Assembly: GCA_023245355.1 (NCBI GenBank)
Contig: JAHFKN010000001.1
Location: 75,528 to 139,527 of the forward strand
DNA length: 64,000 nucleotides
Reading direction: 5' to 3'
Source: Candidatus Gottesmanbacteria bacterium
GTDB lineage: Bacteria > Patescibacteriota > Microgenomatia > UBA10105 > UBA927
This document shows, in pieces, positions 27,638-35,929 of the stretch. Position numbers and translations under genes: made by a program. Position 1 is the first letter of the stretch; each line of letters opens with the position of its first letter. The notes below the pieces were generated by a model. It was not told the DNA's origin and did no database searches. It worked only from the letters and a program-made list of their open reading frames with translations.

Positions 27638-29422
27638 TTAGATGTAGATTTCCCGAGGATCGGTCGTGAGGAGTGGCTGTTCTTCTTCAGAGGCTACTAC
27701 TTTAACTGCAACATGGTTTTGATCAGCTATGATGAGAGCCTCACCCCGTTCACAAGTTAAAAGATAATGCTGTTCAAAGGCAGAAAGATGGAATTCTTCA
27801 GCCACTTTTTTGATGGTGGTAGTATCTTGGCGCATAAGTATACGAAGTGATGATTGACTGGCAATGGCCTTGCCATATTCCTGTGAGAGGAAATCATTGG
27901 CTTGTTGCGTGATGATTGTGACACCCAGATAGTATTTTCTGGCGCGTCTGACGAGCCCTGAGATAAATCTGGCGCTTTCTGGCTCTTGGAGGAGTATCCA
28001 GCCCTCGTCAATAACAAGCATGCGTTTTTGTGGATTCTGCTTGACCTCGCTATGCACGAAATTAGCCACAACCATCATCATGATCTGACGAAGTGACTCA
28101 TTTAAGTCTTTAATATCAAACACAACGAGGCGATTATTCATCTCGATATTGGTCTGGGAATCAAATACTCCGCCAAGCGAACCTTTCACAAATCTCTCGA
28201 GTCGGTTGCAGAGGTCTTTGTGTTTCATTGTCTTCAGTTCTTTGTAAAAATCTTTAAGCACTGGATAGGCAATCTTTGCGGGCTTCTTGCCATTCTTACG
28301 CTTGCTCAGACCTGAATTTTTATAAGTTTGTAGAAGCGCACGATCCACCGTTGCCCGCTCCTCCGATGTCAGACTGCCAACCATGAGAGAAATGAGCTCT
28401 GTAAGGTCTTGTATGTGCTCAGCGAGGCTATTCTCACCCGTGACTGAGCTTTGGTAATCAAAAGGGTTAATTTTTTCCTTGGAGGTGCTAGAGAGCTTGA
28501 TGTACGTTCCGTTGACGCTTTTAGCCAGTTGCTTATATTCGCGTTCTGGATCAATGACTATGACTTTTGTACCTTGCATGAGGTGACGCAGGATCTCGAC
28601 TTTGGCAGTAAAGCTCTTGCCTGAACCGGACTGGGCAAAAATAATCGAATTGGCGTTGTTTAGACTATAACGATCGATGATAACCAAAGAATTATTGGAT
28701 TTATTGATTCCATAGAGGATACCGGACTCTTGGACGAGTTCGGATGAGACAAAGGGAAAGGTTAAAGCAGCGCTTGAGCTATCCAAGTTACGTTTTTGTG
28801 CCAGCTTGTTTTCGCCACGAGGCAACATTGATTGCAACGCTTCGATTTGTTGGAAAGTTGCAGGTTTTATATAGAAAAGTCTTGTCTGCATGACTGTTTC
28901 CAATAGCTTAGTTACTTTATCAAGTTCAACTAGACTTTCAGCCGTAACGGTCATGTAAATAGAAACTTGGAACAGTTTTTCCATACCCCGCTGGATTTTG
29001 TCTTTGAGTTCCATGGCTGATTCAAGCGGATCAGTGATTTCACTTCCGATAACACGTCCCTCTTTAAGCATGGTGCGCTTGGTGGACTCAAGCTCTGTGA
29101 TTTTACGGTTAAGTTTGGGCAGTGCTATGAGAGGATCGATCTGCTCGATGTGATAATTGATGTCGATATTGTGGTTAAAGTTCACGAGCATTGAAAGCCA
29201 GCCAGTCGAAGCCACATAGGGATACCCTGAAACAAAGAGTGTTCGGACGAAGGTATCGTTTATTTGTAAATAGCTCGATTCCTCTTTAAGTCCGGCATAG
29301 GAAATAAGGTCGAGTTGGTCTTGTTCGCCAAACGTGACGTTGATAGCTTGGTGGGCTAAGCGTTTTTTCTTTTGACGCTTTTGCCAGTCACGAATTGGTT
29401 TGATTTTGGTTAGGTTAAACAT
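27638..29422 (-). CDS. virB4: VirB4-like conjugation ATPase
   Basis: AQSGSGKS, VIDPEREY, INPF, LVIDEGW, RARKY, ITQQ. Confidence 0.85.
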   Translation of the reverse strand: MFNLTKIKPIRDWQKRQKKKRLAHQAINVTFGEQDQLDLISYAGLKEESSYLQINDTFVRTLFVSGYPYVASTGWLSMLVNFNHNIDINYHIEQIDPLIALPKLNRKITELESTKRTMLKEGRVIGSEITDPLESAMELKDKIQRGMEKLFQVSIYMTVTAESLVELDKVTKLLETVMQTRLFYIKPATFQQIEALQSMLPRGENKLAQKRNLDSSSAALTFPFVSSELVQESGILYGINKSNNSLVIIDRYSLNNANSIIFAQSGSGKSFTAKVEILRHLMQGTKVIVIDPEREYKQLAKSVNGTYIKLSSTSKEKINPFDYQSSVTGENSLAEHIQDLTELISLMVGSLTSEERATVDRALLQTYKNSGLSKRKNGKKPAKIAYPVLKDFYKELKTMKHKDLCNRLERFVKGSLGGVFDSQTNIEMNNRLVVFDIKDLNESLRQIMMMVVANFVHSEVKQNPQKRMLVIDEGWILLQEPESARFISGLVRRARKYYLGVTIITQQANDFLSQEYGKAIASQSSLRILMRQDTTTIKKVAEEFHLSAFEQHYLLTCERGEALIIADQNHVAVKVVASEEEQPLLTTDPREIYI

Positions 29423-30032
29423 AATTGTGTTTGAATAATGCGGATAATGCTTCTTTTGTAATCGCCTGGGTCTTTACCGATTCAGGGTTATAAAAGCTGT
29501 AGAACAAGTTAATAATCTCGATACTTGAGAGTGTTTTAGCTTTCATCTGCATCCGCTCCAAGCCTTTGACGACAATATCGCGATTTAGATTTAAGTGTTC
29601 TTTGATTACTTTCCAATCTTCGTGCCGGTCTGGGTGATGATATGGCAATACGATGTAAAATCGTCTTGAGAGAATACTGTTACCTGAGACGAGCTTTTTA
29701 ACGAATGCACTATATCCCTCGATTTGCTTGCGATAGATCGGATCTTTCTCTTTGTCCTTTGATCTAGCCACATCTTCAGCGTATTTGTCGATATCAATCT
29801 CTCGAACTCGTACCAAGATTTGAATCTGGCAAGGTAAGGCATTTAGGAAGTTTTGGAAACTATCGATCATGACGTCCTGTTCTTCTTCACTCTTGAGCTC
29901 GAAGTTTATGGATGAGGTTTCCAAAATCAACCGATATTCCTGGTTAGGCAAAACCAGAACATTATCCAAGACTTTTTTGATTTGTATTTGCTGTCGCGAT
30001 GATAGAGATTTATTGAATAATGTCATAGTCAT
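29415..30032 (-). CDS. Conjugation protein resembling a detached VirB4 N-terminal region
   Basis: SINFELKSEEEQ...FLNAL..IQI...RRFYIV; coupled to virB4. Confidence 0.65.
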   Translation of the reverse strand: MTMTLFNKSLSSRQQIQIKKVLDNVLVLPNQEYRLILETSSINFELKSEEEQDVMIDSFQNFLNALPCQIQILVRVREIDIDKYAEDVARSKDKEKDPIYRKQIEGYSAFVKKLVSGNSILSRRFYIVLPYHHPDRHEDWKVIKEHLNLNRDIVVKGLERMQMKAKTLSSIEIINLFYSFYNPESVKTQAITKEALSALFKHNYV

Positions 30033-30499
30033 TTCCTCCCATACCGAAACGATACAGCCAGATTCTTTGATGCCATTGCCTGTTCAAATTTGATAAGTTC
30101 CTTGATCGACAGCTCTTTAGTGAGCCTCTTGGTTGTTTTTGCTACTGCCTTTTTGTGGTTTGCTACAGATTCAAATGGCAAATCAACTAACCGCTCTGTT
30201 ATGTCATTTTTATTGAAGATGTAGAATTTCGGACGTAACTTGTAACGAAGTAATATTCCAATCCACTCAGCAACGATTTTGTCTTTGATTCTTACTGCCA
30301 AAACAAGTGAGATAGCGCTCACTAACAGCACCAAGCTTACCTTGTACGGAGCGAGCTTCATTGCTGGAATAAATATTGCGTATACCAGTGTCCCCCAGAG
30401 AACAGGCATCATCAGAAGTAGAATCTGCGCGAAATTGAGAGATCCTGCGATTTTGTCTTCAACTGTCGTGATTTGTGCTGGAATGATTGTTGTTCTCAT
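30029..30499 (-). CDS. PrgI-like membrane protein
   Basis: IPAQI..EDKIAG.L...Q, two TMs, position before VirB4. Confidence 0.75.
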   Translation of the reverse strand: MRTTIIPAQITTVEDKIAGSLNFAQILLLMMPVLWGTLVYAIFIPAMKLAPYKVSLVLLVSAISLVLAVRIKDKIVAEWIGILLRYKLRPKFYIFNKNDITERLVDLPFESVANHKKAVAKTTKRLTKELSIKELIKFEQAMASKNLAVSFRYGRK

Positions 30500-31773
30500 A
30501 CGTTTAAGGTCTTTCTGGGTGTCTTGGCGCCAACTGTACCTTTGTGAGCTGTATCAGTACTCATGACGTTAATAATCTGACTTCCCATGTGTTTGACCGT
30601 TCCCACACTTCGAGAAAATAAAATTAGTTGCATCAAGAAGCTTGGGATCTTAAGCAACGTGAGTAAAAGTCCAATGGCTACCGCAATTGAGATCAGTGAG
30701 TTATTGGTTTGCTCAGGGAGTGCCAGGAATGATCCGGCCAGTTGAATAGTTACGACATGAATAAAAATCATGAATACTGAGACTAGATAGCTTTTAATCG
30801 CCATTTCTGCAAAGTCGGCGGTCTTAGGGAGTGTCCAAAGTAAGAATATGAACGGAGAGAGTACAGCTCCAAGAGCTATAACGATCAAACGGCTGATATA
30901 CATAAGTAGGAGCACAATCGCTACGATCAAGAACAGAAGCAGAAAAATCAAAGTGATGAGTGGAGCTGTACCAGTCGTAATATTTTGCAGAGTAATTGCG
31001 TTCGTGACCCAGGCATGGTTGAGTCCTCCAGTTGCAGATATCACACCTGCTACGAGTGCGTTACAGGTTTTTACGGCGTAGTCAGCGAGGAATAGAGAAA
31101 CATTTGTTCCAAGGAATGCTAGCCCAATTCTAGGCAGGAGATGTTTAAATTCAATCTCTTCAAACCCGAATGTTGAGGCGCTCATAAACTGAAGACCTAG
31201 GAGTGCCACAACCAACACGAACAGCGTATCTGTAATCCCGAGCATGATTAGCCAAAATTTGACGATTGAGGCATTCTCAAGAAGCGATGGAGTGGTTGAT
31301 AAAAACGTCATAATCCCATCAACTATTGGTTTAGTGGAACTTTCAACTATGTTTTGAATAAAGCCGTTGACTGCATCAATAAGGACTTGGGTCAAACCGT
31401 CGCTTGGTGCCACACTCTCAATTTGGGTAATTGGTAGATTGGATGCGGTAGTAGTTGTACCATCACCAACTAAAGCTCCAGATAGAAATGAAACAATTGA
31501 ACTGGCAGCAAAAACAACAACCAAACCTATCAAGGCATTTCTGATAGTTTTCTTGGCTTCTTCTAAAGCATCCGGCTTACCAGTAGAGGTAATGTAGATA
31601 TAGCCACCCCGAATTAAAAAAAAGACCGCTGCTGCGGCCGAGATAAGTGTAACTATTGAAAGAGCGTCATTGGTAAACGCTGTCACCTCCGTAGGTGCGC
31701 TAGTTGAAGCATACGCAAGCGTTGGAGAAAAGAGTGCTATGAGTATGGTTACGACCAATACTAATAATTTCAT
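30496..31773 (-). CDS. VirB6/TrbL-like polytopic membrane protein with N-terminal pilin-like domain
   Basis: Many TMs, R..VI....VLSP....W.LP.T; N-terminus resembles adjacent pilin. Confidence 0.7.
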   Translation of the reverse strand: MKLLVLVVTILIALFSPTLAYASTSAPTEVTAFTNDALSIVTLISAAAAVFFLIRGGYIYITSTGKPDALEEAKKTIRNALIGLVVVFAASSIVSFLSGALVGDGTTTTASNLPITQIESVAPSDGLTQVLIDAVNGFIQNIVESSTKPIVDGIMTFLSTTPSLLENASIVKFWLIMLGITDTLFVLVVALLGLQFMSASTFGFEEIEFKHLLPRIGLAFLGTNVSLFLADYAVKTCNALVAGVISATGGLNHAWVTNAITLQNITTGTAPLITLIFLLLFLIVAIVLLLMYISRLIVIALGAVLSPFIFLLWTLPKTADFAEMAIKSYLVSVFMIFIHVVTIQLAGSFLALPEQTNNSLISIAVAIGLLLTLLKIPSFLMQLILFSRSVGTVKHMGSQIINVMSTDTAHKGTVGAKTPRKTLNV

Positions 31774-31801
31774 ATTTGTTCATATTCCAATATTGGCCGA
31801 C

Positions 31802-32137
31802 TTACTGAGCCGCGCCAAATGCTCCAGTTGCCAGATCTGAAACAATATTTGTCAGCACGAAAGCACCAAGCACAACTGCAAGGCCAATGGCTGAATACAA
31901 AATTGTTTTTTTGGAGCGATCAAGTGTTTCTGGGTTGCCTGAGCTAGTAATGTAGCCAACGCCTCCCCAGACGAAGAATCCAGCAGAAATGAGTCCGGCA
32001 AGTGTTACAAGTACCTGGATGACACTTTTTATGAATGTTTCGATTTTGGTAACATCTCCCGAAGCAGCAAAGACTGGTGAAGCAAAAGTCAGTGCCGTGA
32101 TGGCGACTGATGAGAAGATAATAATCTTTTTATTCAT
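31802..32137 (-). CDS. VirB2/TrbC-like pilin
   Basis: Signal peptide, GG..YITSSGNPE....KKTI..A.IGL; GGAGG RBS. Confidence 0.8.
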   Translation of the reverse strand: MNKKIIIFSSVAITALTFASPVFAASGDVTKIETFIKSVIQVLVTLAGLISAGFFVWGGVGYITSSGNPETLDRSKKTILYSAIGLAVVLGAFVLTNIVSDLATGAFGAAQ

Positions 32138-32190
32138 AACCTACCTCCATATAAATTACTAATTTATAAATATTAGGCAGGTCTGGTTAC

Positions 32191-32264
32191 AAAAAAGCCC
32201 CTATCTGGAGGGGCAGCTCTGTTGAACTTGAGGGAATTATTATCCTAACCAGGCTAAATGTCAA
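32191..32264 (-). promoter_or_regulatory. Promoter followed by intrinsic terminator in leader of transfer operon
   Basis: TTGACA(32259-64)-N17-AATAAT; GCCCCT-N6-AGGGGC-TTTTTT (32191-32214). Confidence 0.6.
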
Positions 32265-32338
32265 CTAGATGTAGTCAGATAATTAACAGTTTGTGACAAA
32301 CCTAGAAAGTAAACCCTATCGGACATATAATAAGCTAT

Positions 32339-33727
32339 ATGGTCATGGAATCGGAAGCTCCTGTTCAGGAATTGTGGCAAACTATTAGGGAAGGTGTTGA
32401 TCCAATAGTTAAGGAAATTCAAGCAAGCGGATATGACACTGCAAAAAGAATAAAAGGTCAAATTGACATAGACCAGTTGCCTAATTATTTAAGGCCATAC
32501 TTTAAGCCAGAATTTTACGAACCAGAAGTATTTATTACTGACAGACCAAGCAAAGTCTTTGGTCAAAACGAAACAATCTACACGATCACATCTTCACTTT
32601 CTCTTGAAAATTTACGAGATGGCAAACTGTTAACACCGCCTTCTGAACACAGTCCATTTGATCAGAACATTCAGACTCATCGTGGTATCGGACTAGCACT
32701 CTTTTCAAAACTTATGAATGGGTTCGGTTTTAGGCTTGGTGCGAAGGATTCGTTTTTGTGGCTTGGTCCAAATATTGATGGTGAACAATTCGTACTTGAA
32801 GATAATATCTCAAAAAGCGGAAGAGCTGTCGATGAAAAAATTGCATCCCATCTCTTTAATCATACCAACTTAAAAGATGGGTATCGCAGTTTAGAAATTC
32901 ATCCACGCTTACGGAAAACTCTTGAAGCTATTAATAATGGTAAGTCACTATATGGTGTCGATCCTGAAACATCCACTTATATTGACGAATTACTTGATAC
33001 TTTGCATCTATACACAGGCGTACGAGAGGGGTGGTTTAATTCGTTGGAAGGTTTTCTTAAAGGAACTATGTCACCAAAAAAGCGAATAGATCCTGTAGAC
33101 ATTGATTTATCTTTAACATTTGCTGCGCACGAATTAGCTCAGCCAAGTCCACGAGCATCACAGGCCCTCATTTTAGAAGTTGATGCGGCAAAATTGATTT
33201 CAATGACACCTATCTACCCTTTTCCACTAACATCACGCCCGCCCGAGACTATTGTCCCTGCACCACACCTACCTCTTGAAGCGGTTAGGGCTGTATATGT
33301 TGAGCGTGAACCTGAAACATTAGGGCATTTAAAAGGTATTTTTAGAAGTATCGAAGAGTTACCAAAAAGCAATTGGTTGAGAGATGCAGATGATAATACG
33401 GTCACACCTGACATTGCCAGAAGAAATGGAGTAAATCCCAGAAGTCCAGTGTGTGCCTTACGATACAATCGAAATCCTGTTAGTGTATGGGCTGAGCATC
33501 TTGAAAATGGCGATATGGCACCTTGGAACGAAGTTCCTTATGTTGACTTAACACCACCAGTTACCTTTTTAGATCATGCACTTAAAAATGTCATTCTAAG
33601 AAGGGCTAGAAAATCTGGTTTAATTGAGAAAGTTTCGCGAATTACAAACAATCAAGATGTTACTGAGACTAGAATACTCTCAGAAGCATCAAATCTTTCA
33701 TTACCTTCGATAAAGCACGTTCGCTAA
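32339..33727 (+). CDS. Hypothetical cargo protein (possible ART-like domain)
   Basis: 462-aa ORF, TATAAT 7 nt before ATG. Confidence 0.6.
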   Translation: MVMESEAPVQELWQTIREGVDPIVKEIQASGYDTAKRIKGQIDIDQLPNYLRPYFKPEFYEPEVFITDRPSKVFGQNETIYTITSSLSLENLRDGKLLTPPSEHSPFDQNIQTHRGIGLALFSKLMNGFGFRLGAKDSFLWLGPNIDGEQFVLEDNISKSGRAVDEKIASHLFNHTNLKDGYRSLEIHPRLRKTLEAINNGKSLYGVDPETSTYIDELLDTLHLYTGVREGWFNSLEGFLKGTMSPKKRIDPVDIDLSLTFAAHELAQPSPRASQALILEVDAAKLISMTPIYPFPLTSRPPETIVPAPHLPLEAVRAVYVEREPETLGHLKGIFRSIEELPKSNWLRDADDNTVTPDIARRNGVNPRSPVCALRYNRNPVSVWAEHLENGDMAPWNEVPYVDLTPPVTFLDHALKNVILRRARKSGLIEKVSRITNNQDVTETRILSEASNLSLPSIKHVR

Positions 33728-33745
33728 TTTTCCACTTGGATATTT

Positions 33746-33870
33746 AGGGGCCTTGCCCCTCATTTCGCAAGGGTTTTCGTTTCACTCCAATAAACTGCGC
33801 TTCGCTTGCCCTTGCAAAATTCACCCCGCTTTAAAAATTCTCAGGTATGGGAAGTATGGCCATACTTCCC
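33746..33870. promoter_or_regulatory. Nested inverted repeats upstream of DUF2958 gene
   Basis: AGGGGC-CTT-GCCCCT; GCAAGGG...CCCTTGC; 22-bp perfect palindrome 33849-33870. Confidence 0.6.
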
Positions 33871-33914
33871 AACCATTAATTTTCGGGAAGAAGCCAAGAA
33901 GGAGGTGAAAACCT

Positions 33915-34229
33915 ATGAAACTATTAACAAAAGAGCTTATCAAAAGATTTGAGCAAGTCGGCAGACAGGAAGACTCTAGCGATCCTCTCGTTATTGTAAA
34001 GTTCTTCAACCCTTGTGGAGCAGGTACATGGTACGCAACCGAGTACGATCCAGAATCGAGAGAGTTTTTCGGATTCGTTTCAATCTTTGGGGATTGGAAT
34101 GACGAATGGGGATCTTTTTCTCTGGATGAACTCGAAAACTATCACGGCAACTTTGGATTAGGGATTGAGCGGGATCTGTATTTTGACGAGCAGCGAATAA
34201 GTCAGGTTGTCCCAAAAGCAAAATTATAA
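33915..34229 (+). CDS. DUF2958 family protein
   Basis: KFFNP.G.GTWY.TE.D...FFG.V...EWG.FSL.EL...IERDLYF; AGGAGG RBS. Confidence 0.8.
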   Translation: MKLLTKELIKRFEQVGRQEDSSDPLVIVKFFNPCGAGTWYATEYDPESREFFGFVSIFGDWNDEWGSFSLDELENYHGNFGLGIERDLYFDEQRISQVVPKAKL

Positions 34230-34291
34230 ATATATAGTATCCACCGCGGGGCCCCAACCCCGCGGATGGGTATCCAAGAAAGGAAAAATAT

Positions 34292-34495
34292 ATGATTAGA
34301 ATATTACCAGTATTTAAAGGTTATACAGTCGATTTACGACTGCAAGAGTTTAGAAAAATTGAAATGGATACGCTACCCGAGTTTATCCCGCTATTAAGTG
34401 ATAAAGGGGCTCGACTGTTTAATGAGTTTAGACAAACAGAAGAAGGCAGAAAAGAAATTGCTTACGTACTTGGGAGGCGCCTAGGCGAATACTAG
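34292..34495 (+). CDS. Small hypothetical protein
   Basis: 67 aa, AAAGGA RBS; GC hairpin 34244-34265 upstream. Confidence 0.6.
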   Translation: MIRILPVFKGYTVDLRLQEFRKIEMDTLPEFIPLLSDKGARLFNEFRQTEEGRKEIAYVLGRRLGEY

Positions 34496-34518
34496 CTTAA
34501 AAGGTCTATAATAAAGGC

Positions 34519-35016
34519 ATGATCAAGAAGATAGTGATATTGGTCGTGTTTTTATTCTTGGCTGGGAGTGGTTATTATTTTTTCACAAAGCCAAACGAAG
34601 AAAATTTCAAAGCGCCAGGGAAAGATTGGGAATCAGCCAAAAAGGTAGAAGATTATTTTATTGAACGCCTGCATATGCCAGTTGCTGAGGCCGAGCAGAT
34701 TAGATCGAAGCCAGGAGTAGACGGAACAGCAGATTTACGAATTAGTACAGAAGTTACTCTCGACGCTCTTATAGGAAATCTTTACTATTACGGCTTTGTA
34801 CGAGATGAAAAAGCGTTCAGGTATGCGCTAGAACACACCAAGGACACCACGCCAAGCGATAAGGCTATCAAAGTCGGCAAGGACGGTACGATTGACACCA
34901 ACGCAGAATATAGAATTTCAGAAAGCATGAGCGCGTGGGAGTTGGCAGATTTACTACTCAATAAACCTGAGGGACATTTTCCATTTGATGAATATAACTA
35001 TTTCTTTATGCCGTAG
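34519..35016 (+). CDS. Membrane-anchored hypothetical protein (weak YceG/MltG N-terminal-like segment)
   Basis: N-terminal TM; EYRISESMSAWELADLL. Confidence 0.55.
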   Translation: MIKKIVILVVFLFLAGSGYYFFTKPNEENFKAPGKDWESAKKVEDYFIERLHMPVAEAEQIRSKPGVDGTADLRISTEVTLDALIGNLYYYGFVRDEKAFRYALEHTKDTTPSDKAIKVGKDGTIDTNAEYRISESMSAWELADLLLNKPEGHFPFDEYNYFFMP

Positions 35017-35790
35017 TTATTCATCTTCAGCTTCCACTTTTTCCCAATGACCTGAAAATGCACCCTCTCTAGTTGCAAGGTATATAGCTACTTGATCAAG
35101 CGGTGTTTCTTCATAAATACGGGCTATATGTTTCTTTAAGTAGATCATGCTGCCGTATCCAGGGCAGATAAAAAGTATGGCCGGAAATGGATGGTTAGTC
35201 GCCTCCTCAAATTTTCCGTCATCGATATAATCACAGTACTCTTGGACTCGCTTGCGCAAGGCAAACCGAGGCGAGCTATCTTCAACTACTTCAACAAAGT
35301 ATCTTTTTGTATTGCCAGCAATATCTACCCGAGCAAAATAGGCATCGGGTAATGGGTGAGGCATGTAGGGGTGTGCCAGTAGATCTGTTTTGGTAAAGAA
35401 ATGGAGTGTGTGCTTGGTTTTTTCTGATTCTTGGCTTAGATGTAAGAAGTACTCTGCTAAAAATGAGGTATGAGCGATAAATTGTTGAGATCTGATTTTC
35501 TCTCTGTAGATTCGTTTCAAGGCTCGTTTATCGATATTATCTTGTTGTTCTAATATCTGGATACTTCCTGACGTTAGATAATAGACTGCTGGGAGATTAG
35601 CTAAGCCTAGTGATCGTGTGTAATGTTTGCCAATGTAATTTTTTGAAGTGAGTAGTTGTAAGTGGTAGTTAGTCAGGCGGATAGTTTTGTGAATAAGTAG
35701 TTTTTGAAGTTGTAGACTGGTTAAGAAGCGAAAGCGATAGAGATAGTGAAGAATGTTGAGTTGTAGAGCGGATAGTTTTTGATTGTCCAT
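35017..35790 (-). CDS. Replication-relaxation (Replic_Relax) family relaxase
   Basis: IL..LYRFRFLT..QL wHTH, VYYLT..S, IAH, PDAYF...YFVEV; next to T4CP. Confidence 0.8.
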   Translation of the reverse strand: MDNQKLSALQLNILHYLYRFRFLTSLQLQKLLIHKTIRLTNYHLQLLTSKNYIGKHYTRSLGLANLPAVYYLTSGSIQILEQQDNIDKRALKRIYREKIRSQQFIAHTSFLAEYFLHLSQESEKTKHTLHFFTKTDLLAHPYMPHPLPDAYFARVDIAGNTKRYFVEVVEDSSPRFALRKRVQEYCDYIDDGKFEEATNHPFPAILFICPGYGSMIYLKKHIARIYEETPLDQVAIYLATREGAFSGHWEKVEAEDE

Positions 35791-35929
35791 AGTATGTGTA
35801 GAGCAGAATCTGGAATGATTGTATCATTCCTCTCCCTTATATATAAGGAATAAGGGGTAAAAGTAAAAGTTAAAAAGGTCTATTTATCGGGCTAAACTAA
35901 AAATCATATTTTCCTACCGGTAGGTAAAG

